From Thraustochytrium aureum (Eukaryota), in contig BLSG01000001.1 of NCBI GenBank assembly GCA_012862495.1, positions 213,909 to 259,546 on the forward strand: DNA of 45,638 nucleotides, read 5' to 3'. How positions within the stretch are numbered: position 1 is the stretch's first letter; every line of letters begins with the position of its first letter. Positions 1 through 12,216 of this stretch are shown one piece after another. The notes beneath the pieces are model-generated. The model made no database searches, had not been told where the DNA came from, and saw only the letters and a list, made by a program, of their open reading frames with translations. A program made the translations under genes and the position numbers.

Positions 1-3000
1 ACAGCAGGTCTTCAAGGTGGTGCAATCCAGTCTCTGCGAGAGCGCGTGTGCAAACGCAGCCGGGAGAGCGACCGACCCCACTGGCAGGCAGGCAAGCAGG
101 AGCAGGAGCAGGGGCGGAGGTTGCTTGCCGTCCGGCAGCGAGAGCGGCGCGCCGAAGCAATCGATCGTTGGATTGATCAAATCATCACCAATCAATCAAT
201 CAGCATCAACAACAGAACAGGAGCGGATGGATCGGGCGCACGAGTGGACCCAATTCTCAGCCACGAACTAACTTTCCGGCCTCGAGGCCCTGAGGACGGG
301 GCGCTCAAAGTCGCTGGAGGCATTTTTTGCCGCAGGTGGCCACCCTTCGAGCGGCCCGCCATCAAGAGCACCGCCAACGAGTCTTGGGCAACCGCCTCAA
401 CGTGAGGAAGCCATCACGAGCCGCAGTCCTCAACCCCTGATGACACATGTTGGCTGCACTTGGCTTGGTGAGCAGCACATGTCGCTGGAAGCCTGGAGAC
501 CGTGGGCGTTACAAAATGCCCGAGGCCCTACGAGAGGCCTACAGGAAACGCTAGCCGCAAGAGGAGGCGGCGCCGTTACTCTACATTGCAAGGCTCCCCC
601 GTGCGTGGATGTACGCTTACACACCTCGCCCAGCTGCAAGGTGGACTTGTGTCATGCCATCGTAGCCAGATCCTGACTTCCAAAAGGCTGCCGAGCCGGC
701 AGGAACACCAAGAGATTGCGCCGTGAAGGAAGGTACTTACTCTACTCACTTGCTCATTCGCTACGTAGACGCCTCGTACTGTCTGTCGCACATACGCCAC
801 GGCCACGGTCTGTTTCATCCGCTGCGCCGGATGAAACCAACACAAACAGTGGTGTCAAGTTTCCAAGTTTCTCTCTCCGAGTGACAATTTCAGACAAAAT
901 TCTGAACTGCTCTGTGAGTGGCAAATACTTAGTGGGTGGCGTCGTGGAGCGAGGGAGGGGCCGGCGAGAGTCGGGGGACGCGCAGACACAGCACCCATCG
1001 CACCCAGGCCTCGCCCAGGAGACGCCATCCTCCCTCGCAACCCCTCCGTCGCCCTGCGGAGCACACGCAGGCGACGTCGCTGACCGTTTCGCTTACGCCA
1101 TGGGAGCTTCTCGGTCCTGTGCCACGACGAAACCGATGGTCAAACTGATGGCCGAAACTTGATGGGTCGAGGAGCTCCGTCCAGTGCGGGACACCAAAGC
1201 CCCGCTCTAGCCGTTTCGACCTGCGCGATCTGGCGGTTTCCTCTGGCCCGTTGCCGCCCGAGGTCCCGAGATTTGTCGCCGAGAGCAGAGGACAACCAGC
1301 CGAGGCCAGCCAGATCACGGCCTTGTGCGGTGGAGCCCTCCACTACGCGCTTGGGCTTGCGCCACTCTCGGCCCCTCTCGCCGTACCTGACGCATACTAC
1401 AGCGAGATCCCGACCGCCTTCCACGCGCGAGATTCATCCCCGAGAACGATGTTTGCGTAAGCGTTTGCGACGCACCAAAACCGAGGCGGGTCCGTGCTTG
1501 CACAGACGTCGACTGGACTCGTGGAAGCGCAATCGACGGTACTCCTCCTGTACCTCCAGCTAGAACTTGACGTCTGGCACTACACACTTGCACACGGGCG
1601 CGGGTTCCGGCACAAGTGCGGCAAGCCAGTTCATGTCCAGTTGTACGAGCCTCGCCGCAGTCTTGCGTCTGCTCCGTCAAAGATGATCCAACATGGCTGC
1701 AAAACAAAAGGCGGCGCTGGCCGAGGCCGGCAATCAGTCACGCGCGCGCCCTTGTTGCCTGTTCCATCCCGCCCGAGCCCTCGGAGAGGCCGCGTGGCGA
1801 ACTCGCCGAGGCCGCAAAAGCCGCTGGTTTTTAACGGATTCTGGCGAATCTGTGAGGGCGGATGCTGCAAGACGCGCTTGACAGTTTGGGAAACCGACGC
1901 CGCCGCCACCCCGCCTTGGCTTGCTCTTCCATTTCTGCGCCGTCCAACCAAGGCGCATACCTCTCCGTGACAGCGCTCGGGCTCCCGACAGCTCGCGCGT
2001 AGGTGCGGAGACCGCATTTCTCGCGCCGCAAGCGGCCGGCCCGCTCAGCCCCAGCCGCCTGGGAATGCTGCACCAGCGCCAAGTGCGTGTGCTCCTGCTC
2101 CCGGCCGAGCCGGAGAAGGAGGCGGAAGACCAACATCAGGATCAGGGGCGCCCAGAGGAAGGAGGAAGGCGCTCGAGCACCCATCGGTCGCCCTCCGCCC
2201 TGGCTAGATAGAAACTGTCAGTTCAGCGCTCGCGAGCCAGGTGGACAGTCGTTGCACCCACGGCGCCAACGCGTTGCCCCGGCGCACGCAGCCGTTTCGC
2301 TCACCAGGCCGCGNNNNNNNNNNNNNNNNNNNNNNNNNNNNNNNNNNNNNNNNNNNNNNNNNNNNNNNNNNNNNNNNNNNNNNNNNNNNNNNNNNNNNNN
2401 NNNNNNNNNNNNNNNNNNNNNNNNNNNNNNNNNNNNNNNNNNNNNNNNNNNNNNNNNNNNNNNNNNNNNNNNNNNNNNNNNNNNNNNNNNNNNNNNNNNN
2501 NNNNNNNNNNNNNNNNNNNNNNNNNNNNNNNNNNNNNNNNNNNNNNNNNNNNNNNNNNNNNNNNNNNNNNNNNNNNNNNNNNNNNNNNNNNNNNNNNNNN
2601 NNNNNCTTGCAGCGTTACACATCCTCAGATCGTTGCGCGAGCCGCGGAGACCGACCCACCTCCCGGCCCGGTCCCAGCTGGCGTGCGCTGCGCGCTCCGC
2701 CTCGCCTCTTGTCAGAGGCAAGTCCATCCTTCTTCAGGGGCGGCACGGCGCGGGCCGCGCGCCTCCGCGTTGTCTATTTCGGCATTCATGTCCTGCCAGC
2801 CATCCCTGCGTCCATCCATGGAGTGGTCAGAGAGCGCTCCCACGTCAATTCCGAGGCGCGGAGCTCGGTGAACATGGCCCTGCTCTCCGGCCAACTGACG
2901 AGCAGCGGGCTCCACACACGAGGTTTCGCGCGCTCTGCCGGCCGCCGCGCAGCGACCTCGCAAGGGAGGAAGAGGAAGGTACTCGCTTGCTCACCTACTG

Positions 3001-3194
3001 GTACTGACGGATGATGACAGGCACATGCACACTGCAATGGCAGTTTCGAGGCTACGGACACTGGTCTGCTCGACAACGGACTCGGACAGCCCCGGACATT
3101 GGTCTGCCTTGCCGCGGACGATGGCTTGCTGCGCGTCGGACCTGGCTCGCAGCATCGATCGATCAGGCTGGCACAGCAGCGTCGATCAGGCTGG

Positions 3195-3360
3195 CGCTTG
3201 GCCCCGCGCCAGCTGACTGCGTATTTGGTTGGCTTGCTCGGTCTGACGCTTGGCCCCGCGCCAGCTGCCTGCTCGGTCTGACGCTTGGCCCCGCGCCAGC
3301 TGCCTGCGTGTTTGGTTGGCTTGCGCGGTCTGGCGCGGCCCGGCGCGGCCCGGCGCGGCG
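3195..3360. repeat. Imperfect tandem repeat upstream of PPIL4 (3 copies of cgcttggccccgcgccagctg, then cggcgcggcc units)
   Basis: Copies start at 3195, 3247 and 3282. Confidence 0.85.
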
Positions 3361-3389
3361 GCGCGGTCTGCAAGGTCTGGCTTGACGCG

Positions 3390-4818
3390 ATGGCGGCCGT
3401 GCTGCTCGAGACGTCCGCCGGCGACCTCGTGGTGGACCTGTTCGCCGACGAGTGCCCGGTAGCCTGCCTCAACTTTGTCAAGCTCTGCAAGCTAAAGTAC
3501 TATAACAACACGCTCCTCTTCCAGGTGACGCCGGACTGGGTGCAAGGTGGCGACCCCACGGGAACCGGCAAGGGCGGGCTGGCCGTGTTCGCGCTCCTCA
3601 ACGATGCAAGCGACCGCGGCGCCGAGGCACGGTTCTTCCGCGACGAGATCCACCAGGACTTGAAACTCGATCGCAAAGGCCTCGTATGCATGTCCTCGGA
3701 CGGGCCAAATCGGAACGGGTCGCGATTCTTCATCTCGCTCAGCGGCCCCGGCGTGGAGCACCTCAACGGCAAGAAGACAGTCTTTGGCGTCGTCGCGGAA
3801 GGCCTGGAGACCACGCTGCAACGCATCGCGCAGGCACACGTTGACGAGGACGCGCGTCCGTACCGCGACATACGTGTCCTCCACACGCACGTCCTCGTCG
3901 ACCGTTCCCCGACCCGCCTGGCATGCCTGCGCCGCCGGCGTCCCCGACGAGCGTACGCCCAGTCGACGAGGCCGTCCCCGAGCGCATCGGCTTTGACGAG
4001 GCGGTCGACGAAAACGCGGGCCTGACAGAGCGGCAAGCCGAGCAGCGCGCCAAGGACGCTGAAATGAAGTCGCGAGCCGTCGCGCTCGAGATGATGGGCG
4101 ACCTGCCTGACGCCGACGCCAAACCCCCAGACAACGTCCTCTTTGTGTGCAAGCTCAACGCCGAGACCCGTGACGACGACCTCGAGATCATCTTTTCGCG
4201 CTTCGGGGACGTCCTTTCTTGCCAAGTCGTGCGCGACAAAGACACGGGCAAGTCGCTTCAGTACGCCTTTGTCGAGTTCGGCACCCCCGAGCAGTGCCAA
4301 GAGGCCTATTTTCGCATGAACAACGCCCTCATAGACGACCGCCGTATCAAGGTGGACTTTAGCCAGTCCGTGGCCCGCCTGTGGGGCAAGCATGCCGCCG
4401 ATCGTCGAGCGGGGCGAGCGAACCCAAGCGCAAATCCGCGATTCGCCGGCTTGCGCGATCCGCGCCCGCAAGCGGCGCAGGAGTGGCGCGGCCGCGGGCG
4501 GCCCCGCGTTGACGAGCGCTCCGGGCACGGCTCCGTGCGCGACCGCTCTGTGAGCGCCCGTCTGAGCGCCCAGTGCGCAAGCGCTCGCGAAGCCGCTCAA
4601 GCAGCAACTCTTCGAGAAGCTCCTCGGCTAGCTCTGCCAGTAGAGACCGGCGGCGTCGAAGCCACAAACGCCGTCGCCACAAGCACGCCAAGGATCACGT
4701 TTCTTCCTCCTCCTCCAAGTCGCGCAAGGCGCACCACCGTAAGAGCTCTGACCGCGACAAGAAGGCCCACAAGAAAAAATCAAAGCGCCACAGAGAATCG
4801 CGCTCGGGGCGGTCTTGA
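3390..4818 (+). CDS. PPIL4: Cyclophilin-RRM protein with RS/basic tail (PPIL4/CYP59 type), two apparent frameshifts
   Basis: MAAVLLETSAGDLVVDLF...NFVKLCKLKYYN...QGGDPTGTGKGG is the cyclophilin domain. PPDNVLFVCKLN...SLQYAFVEF...IDDRRIKVDFSQSV is the RRM. RS/K/H-rich tail ends at TGA 4818. Frames join at ~3903 (GAC-CG-TTC, expected DPFPDPP) and ~4550. Confidence 0.93.
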
Positions 4819-5459
4819 CCGCCGTGGCCTGGCAGCCTTTCCACCGCAACAACCGGAAAGGNNNNNNNNNNNNNNNNNNNNNNNNNNNNNNNNNNNNNNN
4901 NNNNNNNNNNNNNNNNNNNNNNNNNNNNNNNNNNNNNNNNNNNNNNNNNNNNNNNNNNNNNNNNNNNNNNNNNNNNNNNNNNNNNNNNNNNNNNNNNNNN
5001 NNNNNNNNNNNNNNNNNNNNNNNNNNNNNNNNNNNNNNNNNNNNNNNNNNNNNNNNNNNNNNNNNNNNNNNNNNNNNNNNNNNNNNNNNNNNNNNNNNNN
5101 NNNNNNNNNNNNNNNNNNNNNNNNNNNNNNNNNNNNNNNNNNNNNNNNNNNNNNNNNNNNNNNNNNNNNNNNNNNNNNNNNNNNNNNNNNNNNNNNNNNN
5201 NNNNNNNNNNNNNNNNNNNNNNNNNNNNNNNNNNNNNNNNNNNNNNNNNNNNNNNNNNNNNNNNNNNNNNNNNNNNNNNNNNNNNNNNNNNNNNNNNNNN
5301 NNNNNNNNNNNNNNNNNNNNNNNNNNNNNNNNNNNNNNNNNNNNNNNNNNNNNNNNNNNNNNNNNNNNNNNNNNNNNNNNNNNNNNNNNNNNNNNNNNNN
5401 NNNNNNNNNNNNNNNNNNNNNNNNNNNNNNNNNNNNNNNNNNNNNNNNNNNNNNNNNAG

Positions 5460-7382
5460 CCGCGAACAGCCGCCACAGCGCCGCTTCAGGCGAGTCACGA
5501 TCGGACCGCACACCCGGCTGTCGCGGAGACTCGTTCGAAGGCGTGCCCGCAAACCGCGCAGCGAAAGGCGCATCAGCCTCCAAGACTCCCCGAGGGCCTT
5601 GAGCTTGTCGCTCCGGCGCAGCGGGGCGGTCCTATCGGAAAGGGGCCGAGCGTGATCAAATTTCGGCCTGTGGCGTCTCTGGCCCGAACGCGGCCTTTCT
5701 CGCCAGGCGTGGCGGCCCCAGCAGCGACGGCGCCGGGAGCAGACTCGACGCAAGCAGGCGAGCGGCCAAACCATGTGTTGGGCTGCACGTGCCCGTCGTG
5801 CCGGCAGGCGCGCCGCCGGAGCAAGAACGCCCCCGTCGTCCTGCGGTTCAAAGCCGGTATCCGGCTAGTCGAAGCCATCCTGGAAGAGAACTGCTTTGCG
5901 AAGACGGGCAAGGACGACTGGAACCTGCTATGGGTCTCCAACTCGCTCAAGCCTCACCTGTACCACACGCTGACCAAGTTTCAGCGCGTCAACCAATTCC
6001 CGCGCACATACGAGATCACGCGCAAAGACCAGCTCTGCCGCAACATGACACGAATGATGCAGGTCCACGGCAGGCGCCACTTTGACTTTTTCCCTACCTC
6101 TTACGTCCTCCCCGAGGACCGCGACACGTTCGAAAAGCACGTGCAGCTAAAGCTGGCGGAGAGTTTGGAGGCCGCACTAGCGCCGTCGCGCTCGCCCCGG
6201 GCGGCTCCACTCTGGATCGTAAAGCCCGCCGCAAGCGCCTGCGGCCGCGGCATCTTTGTGACCGACAACGTGGCCGAGATTCCGACCAGCGGGATGGACG
6301 AGAGCAACGTGATCGTCTCCGAGTACATCGCGGACCCGCTGCTGCTCGACAAGCGCAAGTTTGACCTCCGCATCTACGTCGCTGTGACCTCGTTCAGCCC
6401 CCTGAAAGTCTACATGTACGACGAGGGTTTGGTGCGCCTCACCACGCAGCACTACAGCACGGACGCGGCGTCCCTGAGCAACCGCCTCATGCACCTCACG
6501 AACTACTCGGTTCAGAAAAAGAGCGATGGTTTCGTGCAGAACAACAACAACAGCAACGACAGCAAAGCCACACCCGCCACTGGCGCTCGCGACGACGTGG
6601 AGAGCGACCAGCCCGGCTCGGCCCGCGACAGCATTGGCCCAAAGTCGCCCGAAGCAGATGAAACACAAACCCGGGGCCGCCCGCCGGGCAACCAGGAACG
6701 CGACGCCGAGTCCAGCGAGGACGACGAGGCCTCGAGCAAATGGTCGCTGAAAATGTTTCGCAAAAGGCTGGCCAGGATGGGGCACGACCCCAAGCCTATT
6801 TTCGACAAGATCGCGAGCATCGTCGTCAAGACTCTGATCGCCATCGAGCCGCAGGTCGTGCGCGCCACCGAAATGCACCAGCGCCACCCAGACTCGTCGT
6901 TTCAACTCTTCGGCTTTGACGTGCTTCTAGACGCCGCGCTAAAGCCGTGGCTCATCGAGGTCAACCTCGGCCCCTCCCTCTCGTGCGACTCGGCGCTCGA
7001 CACGGCCATCAAGAGCGCAATGATCGCCGACCTGCTCACTCTCGCGGGCGTGCAGCCCTGCGACGTGCAAAAGACCCGGATGAGCGAAGACCTCGCCAAG
7101 AAGGTGCGCCCGCCCTCGACAACTGCTAGAGGCCCCGGGACGCCGCAGGTCGACGCGGCCAAGGTGGCGCGCTGCATTCGCCGCCTCGCCGACGAGCAAG
7201 CGCGCGCAGGGGGTTGGAGGTGCATCTACCCCACCAACACGGCGTTCGTGTACGACCGGTTCTTCGACGGGCGCGGCATCAACCAGGCCATCGTGCAAGA
7301 GCTCTCGGCGGGGACCTCCGAGTCGGACAAAAAGCGGATCCAGCGGCGCCTTGCGCGGTCGCAGTCGTCCACCAACTGCTGA
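5460..7382 (+). CDS. Tubulin polyglutamylase, TTLL4/5-like (5' end in gap)
   Basis: QRVNQFP..EITRKD, LWIVKPAASACGRGI, KRKFDLRIYV, HLTNYSVQK, FQLFGFDVLLD, PWLIEVNLGPSL. Confidence 0.93.
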   Translation, partial: PRTAATAPLQASHDRTAHPAVAETRSKACPQTAQRKAHQPPRLPEGLELVAPAQRGGPIGKGPSVIKFRPVASLARTRPFSPGVAAPAATAPGADSTQAGERPNHVLGCTCPSCRQARRRSKNAPVVLRFKAGIRLVEAILEENCFAKTGKDDWNLLWVSNSLKPHLYHTLTKFQRVNQFPRTYEITRKDQLCRNMTRMMQVHGRRHFDFFPTSYVLPEDRDTFEKHVQLKLAESLEAALAPSRSPRAAPLWIVKPAASACGRGIFVTDNVAEIPTSGMDESNVIVSEYIADPLLLDKRKFDLRIYVAVTSFSPLKVYMYDEGLVRLTTQHYSTDAASLSNRLMHLTNYSVQKKSDGFVQNNNNSNDSKATPATGARDDVESDQPGSARDSIGPKSPEADETQTRGRPPGNQERDAESSEDDEASSKWSLKMFRKRLARMGHDPKPIFDKIASIVVKTLIAIEPQVVRATEMHQRHPDSSFQLFGFDVLLDAALKPWLIEVNLGPSLSCDSALDTAIKSAMIADLLTLAGVQPCDVQKTRMSEDLAKKVRPPSTTARGPGTPQVDAAKVARCIRRLADEQARAGGWRCIYPTNTAFVYDRFFDGRGINQAIVQELSAGTSESDKKRIQRRLARSQSSTNC

Positions 7383-7639
7383 CGCCCAGCCCGAGCCCGA
7401 GCGACAGTCCAAGACTTGCTACGCTGGCTTGCTCGTATGTGCTTCGAGTAGTGAAGCGAGAATTGACAACAACAGGCGAGCACTTTGCGTTATTATTCCT
7501 CTCTGGCGACGCAACGCGCTCACGCAGGCGCGAGCGCCCGCATCGCCCTTAGCTAGCTTCGGCCGCGAGCAGACAACTTGAAAACAAAACAAATAGAAGA
7601 GCCCGCGAGACAGCGGCAGCGGCGGCGCCCACACGCGGG

Positions 7640-9129
7640 TTATTTCAGCAGCTCCTCAAGAGCCCCGTACCGATTGGCGGCATCAGGGTCGTCCAGGGTC
7701 TGCCAAGGTGCGACGAGCAAGTACCTCTGCGAGCCAGAGTTGTCCCAGCCGCAGAGCTCCTCCCGCTCCACCTGGCCGTTCAGGCCATAGTGCTTGATCT
7801 TGCCCCAAACGATGCGGTCCAAGGTCTCGTCAAAGTGCAAGATCCACGTCGACCGGCCCGTGAGCAAGTCGTACTCTGCGTCGCCCCGGATCTCGCCCTT
7901 GAACGTGCGCGTCTCCGGGAAGAACTTGAAATTCTCAAAGTAGAAGCGCGACGGGTGGTACCCCTCGATCATGGACACGTCCACGTACGAGCGCGCCTTT
8001 CCAAAGTGGAGGCTAAAGCACCCAAANNNNNNNNNNNNNNNNNNNNNNNNNNNNNNNNNNNNNNNNNNNNNNNNNNNNNNNNNNNNNNNNNNNNNNNNNN
8101 NNNNNNNNNNNNNNNNNNNNNNNNNNNNNNNNNNNNNNNNNNNNNNNNNNNNNNNNNNNNNNNNNNNNNNNNNNNNNNNNNNNNNNNNNNNNNNNNNNNN
8201 NNNNNNNNNNNNNNNNNNNNNNNNNNNNNNNNNNNNNNNNNNNNNNNNNNNNNNNNNNNNNNNNNNNNNNNNNNNNNNNNNNNNNNNNNNNNNNNNNNNN
8301 NNNCTCGTCGAGATGCCCAGGCCCCAGCTCCCGAGGGAGCCGAGGCTCTTAACAATCTTGTCGGCCATCTCGTTCTCCTCGGGACTCGGCACGCGCACGT
8401 ACGAATTGCCAAACACGGTGAGCTTGTGCCGCCTGTAGTGCAGGTTTTTGAGTTTGTTGCCGCCAAAGTGGCGAGCGCGAAAGTACCCGTCCTTGCGAAA
8501 GTGCAGCACCTCGCCCTCCGAGATGAGCTCGAGGCTCTCGTCAAACTTTAATTTGTACTCCATGCGCTGCACGCCGCGGAACGAGTTGGGCGTCCAGTCG
8601 ACTGTGCCCCGAAACTCGCGGGTGCGCGCGTCGTAGGCCCAGCCCGGCGAGAACGCCTTGCGCGGAGGCAGGCGCTGGCCGTCCTCAAGGCGCCACTTGC
8701 TCGGGATAACCTTGGGGTCGTACAGGAGGTAGCACCGGTCACGGTCAAAGTGGATGCTCTCCAGGCCCAGCGAGCCAAACTGGATGAACGTCATGCCGAA
8801 AATCGTTGTTGCGTCCTTGTCTTTGATCGGCACCTTGATGTCCTCCCACACCACGCTCGAGTAGGTCACGGGCTTCTGGCAGGTCTCGCAGACAAAGGCG
8901 CGGCTCGGAGCGCGCAGCAGCCGCTCCATGCAGGACCTGCAAAACTTGTGCCCGCACGCGGTGCGGCATGCCTCCTGGCCGAGCAAGTCCCCGCAAATTT
9001 TGCACTCCGGGTCGCCGGCGTTGACAGGCTTGGCCCTTTCACGACAGACTGCACGCGCCGCTGCTGCTGCGTGCCCGCACTCATGCGCCTCCCGAGCGCA
9101 GAGCTCGCGCGCTTCAGACTCTTGCGCAT
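7640..9129 (-). CDS. C3HC4 RING-finger protein with two copies of an uncharacterised beta-rich domain (internal gap; start inferred across a frameshift at ~9035)
   Basis: CKICGDLLGQEACRTACGHKFCRSC...CETC RING motif. ATG at 9129 joins by restoring one G in the GGG run. Confidence 0.8.
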
Positions 9130-11364
9130 GGCGTGCGCACGGAAGCCGTCCGCGGGGGGCTCAAGTCTTGGTCCTGCAAGGCGTCTGCAAGGCGCAGCTC
9201 TGGCCTGCGCACGCCCACCGGCCCCGCGCCCGGCAAGCCCAGTCCAGCTGACTCCGCCTGCTTTCTCGCTGCCCGCCCGCGGTCTGACCGGTCCAGCCCT
9301 GTCCACCAGCAGCGCGAGCCACGCCGGAGCGCGTCAGCGCTCGCTCGCTCGCGTGCCTTTTTCTTGCTGTGGCACAAACCCGACGTCGAGGTCGGATCGC
9401 CCCCCTCTCCGCGCCGCGCCAACCAGCGCCTCCAAGACAAAGCCGCTGCGCAGGCGTCCTCTTCCTAGCCAACACCAGGCCTCTGCGCGCTGCCAGCCCG
9501 CCCGGCGCGCTCCTGCTGCTCCTGCTCGAGGTGGCGCGAGGCTCTGTTTCAAGGCCTCGTTCGGCTCCTGCTGCTGTCTTTGGTTGTGGCACGACCAAGG
9601 CACGACCCACTTTTCTACACGCACCCAACCGAACCAAAAAAAAAAAACCAAACACGAAACAGAACGCGCAATTATTGGCTCTCGCGCAGAGCGCAAGCAA
9701 GAAAGAGGGAAGGCGGGGCTGAGGGCTCTCTCTCTTCCTCTGCGGGAAGCAGCAATTATTGGCCACAGTTCGCCTTCTGCAGGTAGATTACAGTACCTAG
9801 GCTACTCTATGTGACACATCCCGTGGTGAAGGTACTCACCTCGTAGCTTGAGCTTGCTCTACGCAGAGAGAGGGAGTGCAGTGATCAACGCAATCAACTC
9901 ACGGCGTCAGTTGGTTGCACGAGTGACTCCTGCCAGTGAGGACCGGCGCTTTCGCGCGCCAGCGTCCCTCCCTCAACCAGAGGAGCAGCAGGCAGCACGC
10001 ACCGAACCGCCGGTAAAACCAGTACCCTCTGTACATAAATATACGCTTTTTAGTACAGCGCTACTTACTCCGTTAAAGCGAGATAACTGCGCGCCGCCGT
10101 GCATGGCGCGCGCCGCTTTTTCATTTCATCATTCACGTTTTCCTGAAATCAACTCTTGAGTCAACTCTTGAAAGGTGTGATGTATTGACATTCAATTCCC
10201 TCGCAGTCGGGTCAAGATCCAGACGCACTGCCAAGGCGGGCGCGCTGTCCAGTACGAAGTGTCAATACTGCACCGTTTTCAACCGTTTTTCCACTGCGCG
10301 AGGCGGGCGGGCAGTCAGTTGTGGAAAGAAACCACGACGAAAAAGAGCGTTCCGCCTCCCAGGCGCCTCTGAGGCGATCAGGCCGCAGATTGATTTCCTG
10401 TGAGGGCCTCTCGCGCGCCTCAGTGGCGCCGCCCTCACAACGCTTCGTTTCTGCGCAGCTCAGCTCAAGCGGCGGGCGCGCCTCCCACAGTTTGGGCCGA
10501 TTCGTCGCAAAGTGGGCGGCAGCGTTTGATAGGCGCCAAGGTGGCCTCCTCACAGCGCGGATGTGAGGGCCTCGGGGATGTGGGACCAATGGGAAACAGC
10601 AGGCCCAAAGCACAGCTTGCATGCATGCATGCATCAGGCAAGCGGCCCTCGCAGACACCGAACANNNNNNNNNNNNNNNNNNNNNNNNNNNNNNNNNNNN
10701 NNNNNNNNNNNNNNNNNNNNNNNNNNNNNNNNNNNNNNNNNNNNNNNNNNNNNNNNNNNNNNNNNNNNNNNNNNNNNNNNNNNNNNNNNNNNNNNNNNNN
10801 NNNNNNNNNNNNNNNNNNNNNNNNNNNNNNNNNNNNNNNNNNNNNNNNNNNNNNNNNNNNNNNNNNNNNNNNNNNNNNNNNNNNNNNNNNNNNNNNNNNN
10901 NNNNNNNNNNNNNNNNNNNNNNNNNNNNNNNNNNNNNNNNNNNNNNNNNNNNNNNNNNNNNNNNNNNNNNNNNNNNNNNNNNNNNNNNNNNNNNNNNNNN
11001 NNNNNNNNNNNNNNNNNNNNNNNNNNNNNNNNNNNNNNNNNNNNNNNNNNNNNNNNNNNNNNNNNNNNNNNNNNNNNNNNNNNNNNNNNNNNNNNNNNNN
11101 NNNNNNNNNNNNNNNNNNNNNNNNNNNNNNNNNNNNNNNNNNNNNNNNNNNNNNNNNNNNNNNNNNNNNNNNNNNNNNNNNNNNNNNNNNNNNNNNNNNN
11201 NNNNNNNNNNNNNNNNNNNNNNNNNNNNNNNNNNNNNNNNNNNNNNNNNNNNNNNNNNNNNNNNNNNNNNNNNNNNNNNNNNNNNNNNNNNNNNNNNNNN
11301 NNNNNNNNNNNNNNNNNNNNNNNNNNNNNNNNNNNNNNNNNNNNNNNNNNNNNNNNNNNNNNNC

Positions 11365-11814
11365 GGCAAGACCAGCATTTTCGGCACCGAGGAGGAGCCC
11401 AGCCACGTTTCGGCCAACAGGTTTGCGAGCGGCAGCAACATGAACGCCGGCAACGTCATGACCGATCGCTCCACGACGCGCCTGCATGCGCCGCCCGGCG
11501 GCAAAACAAGCATCTCCGAGCTCTTGGGAGGCGGCGGCAGCAGCAGCAGCAGCACGTCCTCGGCGGCCGCGTACCGCAAGCCGGTGAGCCGAGCGCCGTA
11601 CGACACCACGCCGCGTGACGAGAGCCCCGCGGCGGCCCCGATCGTGGACAAAACCAACGTGTTTGCCTCGCAGGCGCCAACGTATGCCCGCAAGACGTCG
11701 TCGAACGCTTTTGCGAACGGCAGCAACCAGAACGCAGGCAACGTGATCACGGACCGCCCCACGACGCGCGTCCACGCACCGCCGGGTGGCTCCTCGAGCA
11801 TCCACTTTGGTTGA
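11365..11814 (+). CDS. SPIRAL1-like microtubule-associated repeat protein (partial, 5' in gap)
   Basis: Repeats SANRFASGSNMNAGNVMTDRSTTRLHAPPGGKTSI and SSNAFANGSNQNAGNVITDRPTTRVHAPPGGSSSIHFG match the SPR1 QNxGN..TDRP.T.V.A.PGG.SS motif. Confidence 0.85.
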   Translation, partial: GKTSIFGTEEEPSHVSANRFASGSNMNAGNVMTDRSTTRLHAPPGGKTSISELLGGGGSSSSSTSSAAAYRKPVSRAPYDTTPRDESPAAAPIVDKTNVFASQAPTYARKTSSNAFANGSNQNAGNVITDRPTTRVHAPPGGSSSIHFG

Positions 11815-12216
11815 TTGACCTGATCGTTGGCGCTGCCTGTCTGCATGCGCGCCTGCACCCCACAGGCAGCTTGACAAGAGAGAGTAGTATCGAGCGAGCG
11901 ACTGCGCGAGCGCCGTATCCCAGCAGGAGTGCGCGCGTGCTCGCCCACCGGATTGCCTGACTTACTGATTGCGTGCCCACACCGGCGCGGTGTGCGCGCG
12001 CCCGAGACAGTCCATCTCCAGTAGAGACTAAATTGAGCCGTTCTGTGCTTTGTTTGTGTGCCGCTTGCCCTTGACGGTGGCGGCCGAATCCGTGTCGGCC
12101 GAATCGTGTCGGCCGTATCCGTGTCAGCTCTCGCTCTACGTACTCAACAGTCATCTGCTTGCTTCCAATTACACAAGCAGCTACACATCTTGCGGCGAAC
12201 GCGAACTCGGGCCCTG

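Noticed and set aside
4628..5774. ORFs spanning N-gaps
   Set aside because: Their length is an artefact of N runs lacking stop codons.
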